DNA from: an uncultured Chloroflexia bacterium | Lineage (GTDB): Bacteria > Chloroflexota > Anaerolineae > CG2-30-64-16 | Reading direction: 5' to 3' | Assembly: GCA_963810095.1 (NCBI GenBank) | Contig: CAWEMM010000011.1 | Coordinates: 32,001-96,000, forward strand | DNA: 64,000 nt | Shown: positions 28,205-39,440 of the stretch, in pieces | Numbering within the stretch: position 1 is the first letter of the stretch | Layout: each line of letters opens with the position of its first letter | Notes under the pieces: model-generated | What the model was told of the DNA's origin: nothing | Database searches by the model: none | The model's input: the letters and a program-made list of their open reading frames with translations, nothing else | Made by a program: the position numbers and the translations under genes

Positions 28205-29389
28205 ATGAAGAGCAAGTTTGGTCCCTATGGGGGCCAGTTTGTGCCCGAGACCCTAATGCCCGCACTCGCGGAGCTTGAGGAGGCCTATCTCCGTCTGCGG
28301 GCGGACACTGCCTTCCAGTCGGAGCTGGACGGGCTCCTCAAGACGTACGTGGGCCGGCCGACGCCGCTCACGTACGCACACCACCTGAGCGAGCACTTGG
28401 GCGGCGCGCAGATCTACCTCAAGCGCGAGGACCTGGCGCACTCGGGCGCGCACAAGATCAACAACGCCCTCGGCCAGGCACTGCTGGCCCGGGCCATCGG
28501 CAAGCACCGCATCGTCGCGGAAACCGGCGCGGGGCAGCACGGGGTGGCCTCCGCGACGGTCGGGGCCCTGCTGGGGCTGGAGTGCATCGTGTACATGGGG
28601 TCGGTCGACATCGCGCGCCAGCAGCCGAACGTGCAGCGGATGCGGCTGCTCGGCGCAGAGGTGCGGCCGGTGGACGGCGGCACGCGCACGCTCAAAGATG
28701 CCATCAACGAGGCCATTCGCGACTGGGTGACAAACGTCAGCACGACCCATTACCTGCTGGGCTCCGCGCTCGGCCCACACCCCTACCCAACCATCGTCCG
28801 CGACTTCCAATCGGTCATCGGGATCGAGGCGCGACGCCAAATCCAGGAAGCGGTAGGGCGGCTGCCTGATGCGTGCGTGGCGTGCGTCGGCGGCGGGTCC
28901 AACGCGATCGGCCTCTTTCATGCCTTCAAAGACGATACAAATGTGCGGCTTATCGGCGTGGAGGCGGGCGGTACAGGGATCGCGTCCGGCCGCCATGCCG
29001 CTCGCTTCGCCGACCCCGCGTTGGGGCGCATAGGCGTGCTGCACGGGACGCGGACGTACGTGCTGCAGGACGCGCAGGGTCAAATCGCAGCGACGCACTC
29101 CATCTCCGCGGGGCTCGACTACCCTGCAGTGGGACCCGAACACGCGCACCTGCGTGACCTGGGCCGCGCCGAGTACACCCATGCCGGCGACGAGGAAGCG
29201 CTGGCCGCGTTCCAGCTCTTGGCGCGGACCGAGGGCATCCTGCCCGCGCTCGAATCGTCCCACGCCGTCGCAGAAGCCGTGAAGCTTGCGCCGAGACTAG
29301 GCAAGGAGCAAGTGCTGCTGGTGAATCTATCCGGCCGGGGCGACAAGGACCTGGAGACGGTGCTGGCCGCGCTGGAAGAGCGACGGTGA
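28205..29389 (+). CDS. trpB: Tryptophan synthase beta subunit
   Basis: [15 protein letters not shown]; ETGAGQHG; GGGSNA; SAGLDY; NLSGRGDKD. Confidence 0.97.
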   Translation: MKSKFGPYGGQFVPETLMPALAELEEAYLRLRADTAFQSELDGLLKTYVGRPTPLTYAHHLSEHLGGAQIYLKREDLAHSGAHKINNALGQALLARAIGKHRIVAETGAGQHGVASATVGALLGLECIVYMGSVDIARQQPNVQRMRLLGAEVRPVDGGTRTLKDAINEAIRDWVTNVSTTHYLLGSALGPHPYPTIVRDFQSVIGIEARRQIQEAVGRLPDACVACVGGGSNAIGLFHAFKDDTNVRLIGVEAGGTGIASGRHAARFADPALGRIGVLHGTRTYVLQDAQGQIAATHSISAGLDYPAVGPEHAHLRDLGRAEYTHAGDEEALAAFQLLARTEGILPALESSHAVAEAVKLAPRLGKEQVLLVNLSGRGDKDLETVLAALEERR

Positions 29390-29625
29390 GCTTGGTGTCT
29401 ATCCGAAAACTCGCTGGGGCCGGTCTCGTACGCCAGCTTGGCTGGCGGCCGTGCCCCGCTGGCTCGGTTAGGGAACCGCCCGAGTATTCTCGGATCGACC
29501 TTTTGGGCGCGAAACATTAGGAACGCGGAGCGTTTGGAACACGAAGGCATTTGGAACACGAAGACTTGAAGGTTGCCGAAGGGCGCGAAGCGCGAACGGC
29601 GCGAAGGGTATCGAAGGACTGAGAC

Positions 29626-30465
29626 ATGACGACTGTCACACGCACGGGCATCGAATGCATCGCAGCGGCCTTTGCGGCTGCGCGGGCCGAGGGCCGAGCC
29701 GCGCTCATGCCGTATTTCACGGCCGGCTTCCCCGACGAGGCCACTTCCGAGCACGTCCTGGTCGCCGTGGCCCGAGCGGGCGCGGACCTGATCGAGCTCG
29801 GCGTGCCCTTCTCCGACCCCTTGGCAGACGGGCCGGTCATCCAACACTCCACGCAGGTTGCACTGGAAAGGGGCATAACCCCCGCGAAGGCGGTCGCACT
29901 GGTGCACCGGCTGCGCGACCGGGACGTTACCCAGCCGATCCTGTTGATGGGCTATACGAATCCGATCGAAGCTTACGGCCCGGCCCGCTACGTGCGTGAA
30001 GTGGCGACGGCCGGCGGCGACGGGCTCATCGTGCCCGATCTGCCATTGGAGGAAGCGGGCGAGCTCGCAGGCTTGTGTGCCGAGGCGGGCCTGGCGCTCG
30101 TATACCTCGCCGCGCCGGCTTCGCCCCCCGAGCGCCTCGAACGGATCGCTTCGCATACCACCGGCTTTCTCTACCTTGTTTCGCTCAGCGGCGTCACGGG
30201 CGCGCGGGCGGCCTTGCCTTCCGACCTGGATCACTTTGTCGCGCGTGCCAGGGCGGTCGCTCGAACGCCGGTCGCCGTTGGTTTCGGCATCGGCACGCCT
30301 GAACAGGCCGCGGCAGTGGGCCGGCTGGCCGACGGCGTGATCGTGGGCTCGGCCCTGATCCGAGTGGCAGCCGAAGCCGCCGACCCAGTCGCGGCCGCGG
30401 GCGAGTTCGTGCTCGCGCTGAGGCGTGCGCTGCAATTACCGCGAGAAACGGCCCCGCAGGCCTAG
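29626..30465 (+). CDS. trpA: Tryptophan synthase alpha subunit
   Basis: [17 protein letters not shown]; GVTGAR; VGFGI; DGVIVGSA. Confidence 0.96.
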   Translation: MTTVTRTGIECIAAAFAAARAEGRAALMPYFTAGFPDEATSEHVLVAVARAGADLIELGVPFSDPLADGPVIQHSTQVALERGITPAKAVALVHRLRDRDVTQPILLMGYTNPIEAYGPARYVREVATAGGDGLIVPDLPLEEAGELAGLCAEAGLALVYLAAPASPPERLERIASHTTGFLYLVSLSGVTGARAALPSDLDHFVARARAVARTPVAVGFGIGTPEQAAAVGRLADGVIVGSALIRVAAEAADPVAAAGEFVLALRRALQLPRETAPQA

Positions 30466-30647
30466 CTGCCGGCCGCAGCCAACCGCCGGCGTTGGCCCGA
30501 GAGGGGTTCTTTGGGGCGGCACGCGGGCGGACTCCGGCGGCTGCTGACACGGGAGCGCGGCTGGCAGCGCTGGTGCGCGACTCAGGACAAGACGCTGCGT
30601 AGACGCCTGTAAGACCACACTCCTCAGTACTCAAGGGAGGAACAGCC

Positions 30648-31418
30648 ATGACCGCAGCGAGCGTGACCCCGCCTGCCTCGATCGAGCCTACCGCCGCCTT
30701 CAGCGGCTACACAGCCTGGCTAACGGTCTTCATTCGCTCTGGCCTCTTTCTGGCGTTCCAGGCGCTGATTGCGCTGGGCTACGCCCTCGCGGGCAACCCG
30801 GCGCCCTGGCTGGCGTCCGTGGCCTGGTGGCCGCTGGTTGCAGTCCTGGCAAACTCGGCCAACCTGGCGCTGTTGGTCGGCCTGCTGCGCCGGGAGGGCA
30901 GCTCGTACCGGGCCATCGTCGCGTTCGACCGGCGGCACATCGGAGGCGACCTGCTCCTGCTCCTCGCCCTGCTCGTCATCAGCGGCCCGGTTTCGATGCT
31001 GCCCAGCACTTACCTCTCGCAATGGCTGTTCGGCAGCGCAGAGGCCGCGTCTGGCCTGTACATGCAAGCCCTACCGCTTATCGCCGCATTTGCCCTGCTC
31101 ATCCTGTTCCCGCTCAGCCAGGCACTCGCCGAACTCCCGAATTACTTTGGGTACGCCATGCCACGGTTGAGACGCCAAACGGGCAGCACGTTCGTCGCGA
31201 TCGCCGTACCGGCCTTCATGCTCGCCGCACAGCACATGTTCCTGCCGTTCATCCCGAACGCCCGCTACCTGGGGCTGCGGCTCTTCATGTTTCTACCGTT
31301 CGCGATCTTGCTCGCCGTCCTGCTGCATTGGCGCCCACGCCTGCTCCCTTACCTCATGATCGTCCATTTCATTATGGATGCCGCGACCGTCTGGTTCGTG
31401 GTCGCTGCGTCCATGTGA
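30648..31418 (+). CDS. Multi-pass membrane protein, CPBP/Abi protease-like
   Basis: About 7 TM segments; AELPNYFGY, QH and HFIMD motifs resemble CPBP catalytic boxes. Confidence 0.55.
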   Translation: MTAASVTPPASIEPTAAFSGYTAWLTVFIRSGLFLAFQALIALGYALAGNPAPWLASVAWWPLVAVLANSANLALLVGLLRREGSSYRAIVAFDRRHIGGDLLLLLALLVISGPVSMLPSTYLSQWLFGSAEAASGLYMQALPLIAAFALLILFPLSQALAELPNYFGYAMPRLRRQTGSTFVAIAVPAFMLAAQHMFLPFIPNARYLGLRLFMFLPFAILLAVLLHWRPRLLPYLMIVHFIMDAATVWFVVAASM

Positions 31419-31576
31419 GCGTGCTCCGGTTCGCCCCGGCCTGGTGAAGGCGCCGGCGGTGCAAGAGGTCTTCCCATAACCGGCCAGAACTCCCCGCGTC
31501 GAAAGTTCGGCGGGGGGGTTAATTGCCGTTAAGAACCAGTTCGATCGGTTCGACCCGCGACCCGTTTCGGAATGCG

Positions 31577-33137
31577 ATGAAAGACCTCCTGCTAGCCATC
31601 GATAACGGTACCCAGAGCGCCCGTGCGCTCGTGTTCGACCTGCAAGGCAACCTGCTGGCGAAAGCGCGCGTTTCCCTTACGCCGTGCGTCGCGCCCCAGC
31701 CCGGGTGGGCCGAACTTGATCCCGACGACTACTGGCGGCAAATTGGGGCCGCGTGCCAGACGCTGTGGCGCGACGCCGGCCACCTGAAGGGCCGGATCGC
31801 CGGCGTTGCCCTGACCACCCAACGATCCACTGTGGTCAACGTCGACAAGCAGTGTCGTCCGCTGCGGCCGGCGATCTCCTGGATGGATCAACGTCGGACG
31901 TACGGCCTGAAGCCGGTCCGGGGCTGGTGGGGCACGGCATTCAAGCTGGTGGGCATGAGCGGGACGGTGGCCTACCTGCAAGCCGAGGCCGAGGCCAACT
32001 GGCTGCGCGTCCATGAGCCCGACACCTGGGAACGCACCTACAAGTACCTCTTCCTCTCCGGATATCTCACCTACAAGCTTACGGGGCGGCTGGTTGACTC
32101 GGTGGGATGCCAGGTCGGCTATGTCCCTTTTGACTACAAGAAACTCGCCTGGGCCGGACCGCACGACTGGAAGTGGCAGGCGGTCCCGATGCCCAAGGAA
32201 ATGCTCGTGGACCTCGTGCCACCCGCGAGCGTCATCGGCGAAATTACCCGCGAGGCGAGCGAGCTGACCGGTATTCCGGCGGGACTGCCCTTAATCGCGG
32301 CGGCGGCCGACAAGGCGTGCGAGGTCATCGGCGCGGGCTGCGTCCTGCCAAACGTGGGCTGCCTGAGCTACGGCACCACCGCGACGATCAACACGACGCA
32401 CCGCCGTTATGTCGAGGTTATCCCGCTCATCCCGCCCTACCCGTCGGCCATCCCCGGCGCGTACAGCCTGGAGGTCCAGGTTTTCCGAGGCTATTGGATG
32501 GTTACTTGGTTCGCAGAGCAGTTCGGCAGCGACCTGCGCGGCGGAGGCCGCCGGCCGCGGCGTCGAGCCCGAGCAGGTACTGGACGAGTTGATCGGAGAT
32601 TCGAGGCCGGGTTCGATGGGCCTCGTCCTGCAGCCTTACTGGTCGCCCGGATTGAAGCTGCCGGGACCCGAGGCGAAAGGCGCCATTATCGGATTTGGCG
32701 ACGTGCACACGCGGGCCGACGTCTACCGCTCCGTGCTCGAGGGGCTGGCATTCGCCCTTCTCGAAGGCAAAGAGCGCACGGAGAAGCGCAGCGGCATCCC
32801 CGTCACGGAACTGCGCGTCTCGGGCGGTGGGTCGCAGAGCGATGGCGCCATGCAGATCACGGCCGACATCTTCAACCTGCCCACCGCGCGGCCGCATGTT
32901 TACGAGACTTCGGGCGTCGGCGCGGCCATGGACGCGGCGGTCGGTCTCGGCCTGCACCGCGACTTCGACGCCGCAGTCACAGAGATGACGCGTGTCAGCC
33001 GGGTTTTCGAGCCGAATTCCGCTAACCGAGACCTGTACACCGGCCTATACGAGCGGGTCTACAAACGCATGTACCGGCAGTTACGTCCGCTGTACGAGGA
33101 AATCGCCGCAGTCACCGGTTACCCGCCCAAGGTGTAG
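31577..33137 (+). CDS. FGGY-family carbohydrate kinase (frameshift near 32540)
   Basis: [11 protein letters not shown]; AISWMDQR; DKAC; SYGTTA; VSGGGSQS. Confidence 0.9.
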
Positions 33138-33249
33138 CCGGCGCGCCGAACGCTTCCCGACCACAGCGAATAACGCCGGCTCATCACGGTCTTGCCCGGG
33201 GGCGTCCGTGGCACGCTCCGGGGGCAGAATTGGTCTCAAAGGAGAGGCA

Positions 33250-33981
33250 ATGTCGCCATTAAGCGTTTTGCTCGTGCTGCTCCTGGTCGGGTGGGCCACG
33301 CTTCTTTTCGGCGGGTATGTGGCCGGACGGCACGCAGCTGTTGGTGAGCGCCGCATGTCCCGCTGGACGCGTATCGCCTCCTCGTTCGTCCTCGTTCTCG
33401 CCGCCTGGCTGTCTGTCGTCCTGGCGCAAGGCAGCAATCTCGGCCCTTTTCCCCTCTTGATCGCCGTGGGCATGTCGCTCGGCTTCTGCGGTGACCTGTT
33501 CCTGGCCCGGCTGCTCCCCTTTCCAAGCCACACACTCGGAGGCATGGCGGCGTTCGCGCTCGGCCACGTCGCGTACATCGTCGCCGGGCTGCGTCTGGCC
33601 GCGGTCCTGGGCCTCGATGCCTCCGGCGTGCGCCTGATAAGCTGGCTCGCCTGGCTTCTGATCGGCTTGCTCGGCTGGTATTTCGTCGTCTTCCGCCCCC
33701 AGAAGCAGCACGACGTATTGGACTGGGCCGCCTTGCCCTATGCGCTGCTGCTCGCCTCCACCGCCGGCGTCTTCACCGGCCTCGCGCTTCAAGCGGCCGT
33801 GTTGATCCCTACGGCCTTGGGCGCAGCGCTATTCCTCTTCAGCGACCTGATGATTGCCGCCAAGCTGTTCGCCGGCCGCGAGACCCGCCGCATCAACATC
33901 GACGACCTGATCTGGCTCACCTACGGCCCCGGCCAGATGCTCATCGTCTACACCTCGTTCTACCTGCTGTTGCTTTCCTGA
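33250..33981 (+). CDS. YhhN/lysoplasmalogenase-family membrane protein
   Basis: GDLFLA; GMAAFALGHVAY; GAALFLFSD; IWLTYGPGQ. Confidence 0.8.
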   Translation: MSPLSVLLVLLLVGWATLLFGGYVAGRHAAVGERRMSRWTRIASSFVLVLAAWLSVVLAQGSNLGPFPLLIAVGMSLGFCGDLFLARLLPFPSHTLGGMAAFALGHVAYIVAGLRLAAVLGLDASGVRLISWLAWLLIGLLGWYFVVFRPQKQHDVLDWAALPYALLLASTAGVFTGLALQAAVLIPTALGAALFLFSDLMIAAKLFAGRETRRINIDDLIWLTYGPGQMLIVYTSFYLLLLS

Positions 33982-33985
33982 CCCC

Positions 33986-34082
33986 GAATGGAACGCGGAT
34001 GCAACTGGTTGAACTGATCTGCACGGTCCCGGCGAAAGAGATCGTGATAATCAGTCTGATCAGTTGAATCTGCGTTCCATTC
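33986..34082. repeat. Long inverted repeat (GGAACGCGGAT family), related to 14855-14941
   Basis: gaatggaacgcggatgcaactggttgaactgat ... atcagtctgatcagttgaatctgcgttccattc. Confidence 0.8.
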
Positions 34083-34121
34083 TGATCTGCTCGGTCCTGG
34101 ATGCAAGACCCGTGTCTGGAA

Positions 34122-34210
34122 TTGACATCTGTGCCTTTAGCCACTATACTCCCGTACGCACAGATACAGTTAGCTACGCTCACTTCTGCATAGTTTTGCA
34201 TAGGAATGCG
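34122..34210 (+). promoter_or_regulatory. Sigma70 promoter of the heme operon with 10-bp-phased degenerate direct repeats
   Basis: TTGACA (34122)-N17-TATACT (34145); decamers cccgtacgca / cagatacagt / tagctacgct / cacttctgca / tagttttgca / taggaatgcg. Confidence 0.7.
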
Positions 34211-34216
34211 CCACCC

Positions 34217-34999
34217 ATGACTGATACCGGCACCTCGTTGTGGCTTGAACTTGGCGAAGCCGCCGACATCCTCGGCGTGCACTTCACGACGCTGCGGCGC
34301 TGGGCCGACGCGGGGGAGGTCCCTTGCATTCGAACGCCGGGCGGCCGCCGGCGCTTCCAGCGCAGCGAGCTCGCCGCGTTTCTGGCGGGGCTGCGCACGG
34401 GCGATCCTAACGTGAACAAGACCCAGGACAAGCTCGGACTCCCCGCGCCGGTGGCTCAGCTCACGCATGGGGGCCTCAGCCGCGAGCCGTGGTATCCGCG
34501 GCTGGACGACGCCCAGCGGGCCGCGATGCGGGTGGAAGGCCAGGGCCTGATGGCCGTGCTGATGCAGTTCGCCACCCGCACCAACGGCGGCGATGCGTTC
34601 CTGGAAGAAGGCCGCCGGGTGGCCAGCCGTTACGGCGTCGCCTGCCTGCGCGCGGGCCTGACACTCAGCGAGACGATGCAGACGTTCATCAACGTGCGCC
34701 GCGGTATCATGGATTCGGTCTATCAGGCCGGTGCGCTGGCGGGCGCGCCCGACGCCGACACTTGGCGCCTCTACGACCGGATGAACACGTTTCTCGACAA
34801 CATGCTGCTCGCCATGCTCGAATCTTTTGACCGAGCGCGGGCACCATTTGCCACAGAGCGCGCCGAGAGATCGGAGGCGGTTATGGGAGGACCAGGAGCG
34901 TCGAGGCTCGACAACTCCCTAGCCTCTCAAGCCACCTCTGGGCCCGCGGTCACCTCAGTGGCAAACTCTGACTTCGCCGTAGAAGGACCTGACCCTTGA
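34217..34999 (+). CDS. Excisionase/BldC-like (MerR-type HTH) protein with helical C-terminal domain
   Basis: WLELGEAADILGVHFTTLRRWADAGEVPCIRTPGGRRRF; stop overlaps the start of the next gene. Confidence 0.8.
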   Translation: MTDTGTSLWLELGEAADILGVHFTTLRRWADAGEVPCIRTPGGRRRFQRSELAAFLAGLRTGDPNVNKTQDKLGLPAPVAQLTHGGLSREPWYPRLDDAQRAAMRVEGQGLMAVLMQFATRTNGGDAFLEEGRRVASRYGVACLRAGLTLSETMQTFINVRRGIMDSVYQAGALAGAPDADTWRLYDRMNTFLDNMLLAMLESFDRARAPFATERAERSEAVMGGPGASRLDNSLASQATSGPAVTSVANSDFAVEGPDP

Positions 35000-36177
35000 A
35001 CCCTACTCCATATCCGCCGCCCCGGCTGGTCTTCTGGGAAACAACCGCCGGGTGCAATCTCTCGTGCATCCACTGCCGCCGCACCACTGTAGCCGATCAA
35101 CTGGTTCCTCAAGATCTTACCACGCAGGAATCACTCACCCTGGTCGACCAGATCGCAGCCTTTGCCGGCGCCGCGTCGGCGCACCCGATCCTCGTGCTTT
35201 CGGGCGGCGAGCCGCTGTTCCGCCCCGACATCTACCAGATCGCGGGCCATGCCTCGGAGCAAGGGCTGATCGTTGCCCTGGCGACGAATGCCACCCTGGT
35301 CGATGCTGATGTCGCGCGGCGGATCAAGGCGAGCGGCATTCGCCGCGTGAGCGTCAGCTTTGACGGCGCGGATGCGGCTACGCACGACATTTTCCGCGGC
35401 GAAGGTGCATTTGATCGCACGTTGGAAGGCATCGAGCACCTGCGCCGGGAAGGCGTCCCGTTCCAGATCAATACCACGGTGGCGCGCCACAATGTCCACC
35501 AAATGCCCCAGGCGCTGCAGATGGCGAAGGACCTGGGCAGCCAGGCGCTCCATCTCTTCCTCCTCGTGCCCGTCGGCTGCGGCGTCGAGATTGCGGAAGA
35601 CGCCCAGATCACGCCCGTCGAGTACGAGGCGGTGCTGAACTGGATGTATGACGCGGAGATGGAAGGCGGCATCGAGCTCAAAGCCACCTGTGCGCCGCAC
35701 TACTTCCGCATCGTGCGGCAGCGCCAGGCCGAAGAGCGCCGCCAGGGCATCGTGCGCGAGCGGCCGGCCAGCCACCGGCGCCAAGAGGGGGCGGGCGGTG
35801 CGCACCACCCTGGCGGTGCACATCCGGGCGCGAACGGCCACCCCGGCAACGAACAGGCGCGGGCGGCCATGGGCGCGATGACCAAGGGCTGCCTCGCAGG
35901 CACCGGCGTCTGCTTTGTCAGCCACCGGGGCGAAGTTTTCCCGTGCGGCTACCTGCCAGTGGAGGCAGGGAACGTGCGCCGCCAGCCGTTCCAGGAGATC
36001 TGGGAAGGCTCGCAGTTGTTCGGCGAGTTGCGCGACCCCGACCAGCTTGGCGGTAAGTGTGGCCTGTGCGAATTCAAGCGGGTTTGCGGCGGGTGCCGCG
36101 CCCGCGCTTACGGCATGACCCAGGAGTATTTGGGCGAAGAGCCGTTCTGTACCTACGAGCCGAGGGCGTCGGCATAG
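34996..36177 (+). CDS. Radical SAM/SPASM protein, AhbD/NirJ-like (probable AdoMet-dependent coproheme decarboxylase)
   Basis: PRLVFWETTAGCNLSCIHC; SGGEP; KATCAPHYFRI; GCLAG...PCGY; CGLCEFKRVCGGCRARA; located in the hem operon. Confidence 0.75.
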   Translation: MNPTPYPPPRLVFWETTAGCNLSCIHCRRTTVADQLVPQDLTTQESLTLVDQIAAFAGAASAHPILVLSGGEPLFRPDIYQIAGHASEQGLIVALATNATLVDADVARRIKASGIRRVSVSFDGADAATHDIFRGEGAFDRTLEGIEHLRREGVPFQINTTVARHNVHQMPQALQMAKDLGSQALHLFLLVPVGCGVEIAEDAQITPVEYEAVLNWMYDAEMEGGIELKATCAPHYFRIVRQRQAEERRQGIVRERPASHRRQEGAGGAHHPGGAHPGANGHPGNEQARAAMGAMTKGCLAGTGVCFVSHRGEVFPCGYLPVEAGNVRRQPFQEIWEGSQLFGELRDPDQLGGKCGLCEFKRVCGGCRARAYGMTQEYLGEEPFCTYEPRASA

Positions 36178-36186
36178 GACACGACG

Positions 36187-37500
36187 ATGACCTTATCCAT
36201 TACCTTGGTCGGGTTGAATTTCCGGTCCGCTGCCATCGACATTCGCGAGCAGCTTGCCCTATCGGGCTGTGCGCTGGACGCTGCGCTCGAACACCTTGCG
36301 CAGCCCTGTTCGGCGCGGGCGCGACGGAGCGCGGTCGCCCTGGAGGCCGCCGAAGCCGTGATCCTTTCGACGTGCAACCGGCTGGAGTTCTACCTGCTGG
36401 AGGCCGGGGAAGGCCGTGCCGTTGCGACGGTCACCACTTATCTGAGGGACGCGCACGGCATCTCGAACGAGCGCCTCGCGGGGCACCTCTACATCAAGAC
36501 AGGCGCCGAGGCGGTGGAGCACCTCCTGCGAGTGGCCGCCGGCCTCGAGTCGATGATCCTGGGCGAACCCCAGATTCTAGGGCAAGTTAGCCGGGCCTAT
36601 GCACAAGCTCACGCCGCGGCGAACAGCGGGACCGGTCCTCTCGCACTTGTTCCACGCTGCGCTGCGCACCGGCAAGCGCGCCCATGCGGAGACGGGCATC
36701 GGCGAGTTCACTTTGTCGCTGAGCCATGCCGCCGCCGACCTGCTGGCCGAGCAACTGCCCTCCCTCGGGCAGAGCCGGGTGCTGGTGGTCGGCGCGGGCG
36801 AGATGGCGGTGTTGGCGGGTCAGGCCGTGCGCGACCACGGAGTGGGTACACTGGCGTTTGCCAACCGTTCGCTTGACGGCGCGCAGGAGCTGGCCTGCCG
36901 TTTCGGGGGCGAGGCGCACCCATGGAGCGAGCTGCGCAGCCTTCTGGAATGGGCCGACGCCGTGATCAGTGCCACCGGCGCGCCGCACGTCGTCATCACC
37001 TTCGACGACGTGGCAGCCGCCCAGGTGGGGCGCGGGGGCCGGCCCCTCTTGTTCATCGACCTGGCGCTGCCTCGTGATGTGGACCCCCTCGTCAACGAGC
37101 TCGAGGGCATCCAGTGTTTCGACCTCGACAAGCTAAACGCGACCCTCGAGGCGAATCGAGCGCGACGCAGTGCAAACGTCCCGGCAGTCGAGACCATCGT
37201 CGCAGAGGAGGCCGGGGGCTTCCTGCGCTGGCTGCGCGCCCGATCCGCTGCACCAACCGTGGCACAGCTACACGAAAAGGCACGCTGTGTGGCCGAGCGG
37301 GAAATCGCCCGTACCGTGCGCCGCCTTGGGCCGGACGACGAGCACCTGGCACACGAGCTGGAGCTGATGACGCACCGCATCGTTCGTAAGCTGCTCCATG
37401 AGCCGACGGTCCGCCTAAGGCGCAGGCGGCGAACGGAGACGGCGTGATCTACCGCGAGGCCGTCGAGGAGCTCTTTGCTCTGGATCGGGGTGAATCATGA
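36187..37500 (+). CDS. hemA: Glutamyl-tRNA reductase (frameshifts near 36625 and 37425)
   Basis: LSTCNRLE; GLESMILGEPQILGQ; GAGEM; DLALPRDV; KLLHEPT. Confidence 0.92.
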
Positions 37501-38422
37501 GCCGCCCTGAAGCCATTCGCCTGGGCACCCGCGGCTCGGACCTCGCCCGCTGGCAGACAGAACACGTCGCGCGGCGACTGGCGGAGGCGTGGCCCGGCCT
37601 GCAGACCGAGATCGTCGTGCTGTCGACACGCGGCGACCGGGTGCTCGACACGCCGCTGCCCCAGCTCGGCGGCAAGGGCGCGTTTACGGCCGAGTTGGAG
37701 GCCGCGCTCGCCGAGCGGCGCATCGACGTCGCGGTGCACAGCCTGAAAGACCTGCCCACCGACGAGACGCCCGGGCTCGCAATCGGCGCCATCCTGGAAC
37801 GCGCTCACCCCGGCGACGTGCTGGTTACACGAAGCGGCGCCCGGCTCGCCAAGCTTCCTGCCGGCGCGGCCATCGGAACCAGCAGCCGGCGCCGCGCCGC
37901 CCAGCTCCTGCACCACCACCCCGGCCTGCGCCTGCTCGACGTGCGCGGCAACGTGGACACCCGACTGCGGAAGGCGCTCGACCCTACCGGCCCGTACGAC
38001 GGCGTCGTGTTTGCCCGCTCGGGGCTCGAGCGGCTCGGTCTGCTCGATCCGGGATGGGAGAATCTCGACTTCCAGATCATGCTGCCGGCTCCGGCCAGGG
38101 CGCGCTGGCGGTCCAGTGCCGGGCTGAAGACGATGCGCTCGCCTTGTTGGCCCGGCTAGACGACCCCGAGACGCGCGCCTGCGTGACGGCCGAGCGCGCG
38201 TTCCTCGCGGGATTGGGCGGGGGCTGCTCCGTGCCGGTGGCGGCCTACGCTCAGGTACGCGGCGGACGACTGCACCTCCAGGGCCGGGTAAGCGGCCTGG
38301 ACGGCGTGGAGCAGGTGGACGTCGAAGGCGAGTCAGCGTTCGATGAAAGCTATCACCTGGGCGCCCGCCTGGCCCAACAGGCGGCGGCTCAGGGCGCAGA
38401 CAGGCTACTGACCCATGACTAA
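37497..38422 (+). CDS. hemC: Hydroxymethylbilane synthase (frameshift near 38095)
   Basis: GTRGSDLARWQ; VHSLKD; GTSSRRR; RGNVDTRL; GGGCSVP. Confidence 0.93.
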
Positions 38423-39438
38423 CGTCACTTCATTTCCGGTAGAGCGGCCGCGGCGCTTGCGGCTAAATTCCGCACTCCGCGCGCTGGTCCGTGAGACGTC
38501 CCTGACGCCCGCGGACTTCATCCTGCCGCTCTTCGTGCGCCATGGCGAAGGCCGGCGCGTGCCGATCCAGTCCATGCCCGGCCAGGCACAACTGACGCTC
38601 GACCTGCTCGGGGCCGAGGCGCGCGACATTGCCGCGCACGGCATCCCCACGGTCGTCCTCTTCGGCATTCCGGAACATAAAGACGAGACAGGCAGCGACA
38701 ATTACAGCCCGAACGGCATCGTGCCGAGCGCGATCCGGGTCATCAAGGACGCCGCGCCCGACCTCCAGGTCATCTCAGACATGTGCTTCTGCGAGTACAC
38801 CGACCACGGCCATTGCGGGATCATCAACCTGCCGGGCCAGGAGCACTTTGTCGCGCGCCCTCCCCCACGGCTACCTGCTCAACGACCCCACGCTCGAGCT
38901 CCTGGCCCACGCGTCCGTGGTCCATGCGCAGGCGGGCGCGGACATCATCGCACCTTCCGGTATGCTGGATGGCATGGTCGGTGCGATCCGGAATGGGCTG
39001 GATGCGGCGGGCTTCACCCAGACACCCATCATGAGCTATGCCGTCAAGTATGCTAGCGGGTTCTACGGGCCCTTCCGCGATGCGGCGGAAAGCCCGCCCC
39101 AGTTCGGAGACCGCAGCCAGTATCAAATGGACCCGGCGAATCGCCGGGAGGCACTCAGGGAAGCCGCGCTGGACGTGAGCCAGGGCGCGGACATCCTCAT
39201 GGTCAAGCCCGCACTGCCCTACCTCGACATTATCGCCGACGTGCGCCGGGCGTTCAACCTGCCGGTCGCGGCGTACCAGGTCAGCGGCGAGTACGCGATG
39301 CTGCACGCGGCAGCGGCAAACGGCTGGCTCGACCTGCCGCGCTGCGCGCTGGAGAGCCTGGTCGCGATCAAGCGGGCCGGGGCCGACATGATCCTGACGT
39401 ACTTTGCCCGCGACGCGGTCCGGTGGCTGGAAGGATAA
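38415..39438 (+). CDS. hemB: Porphobilinogen synthase, Zn-type (frameshift near 38855)
   Basis: RPRRLR; [14 protein letters not shown]; FYGPFRDAA; MVKPA; AYQVSGEY. Confidence 0.95.
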
Positions 39439-39440
39439 AA

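Noticed and set aside
34217-34400. Excisionase-like HTH as evidence of a prophage or ICE
   Set aside because: No integrase, att-like tRNA or phage genes are present; the gene is coupled to the hem operon.
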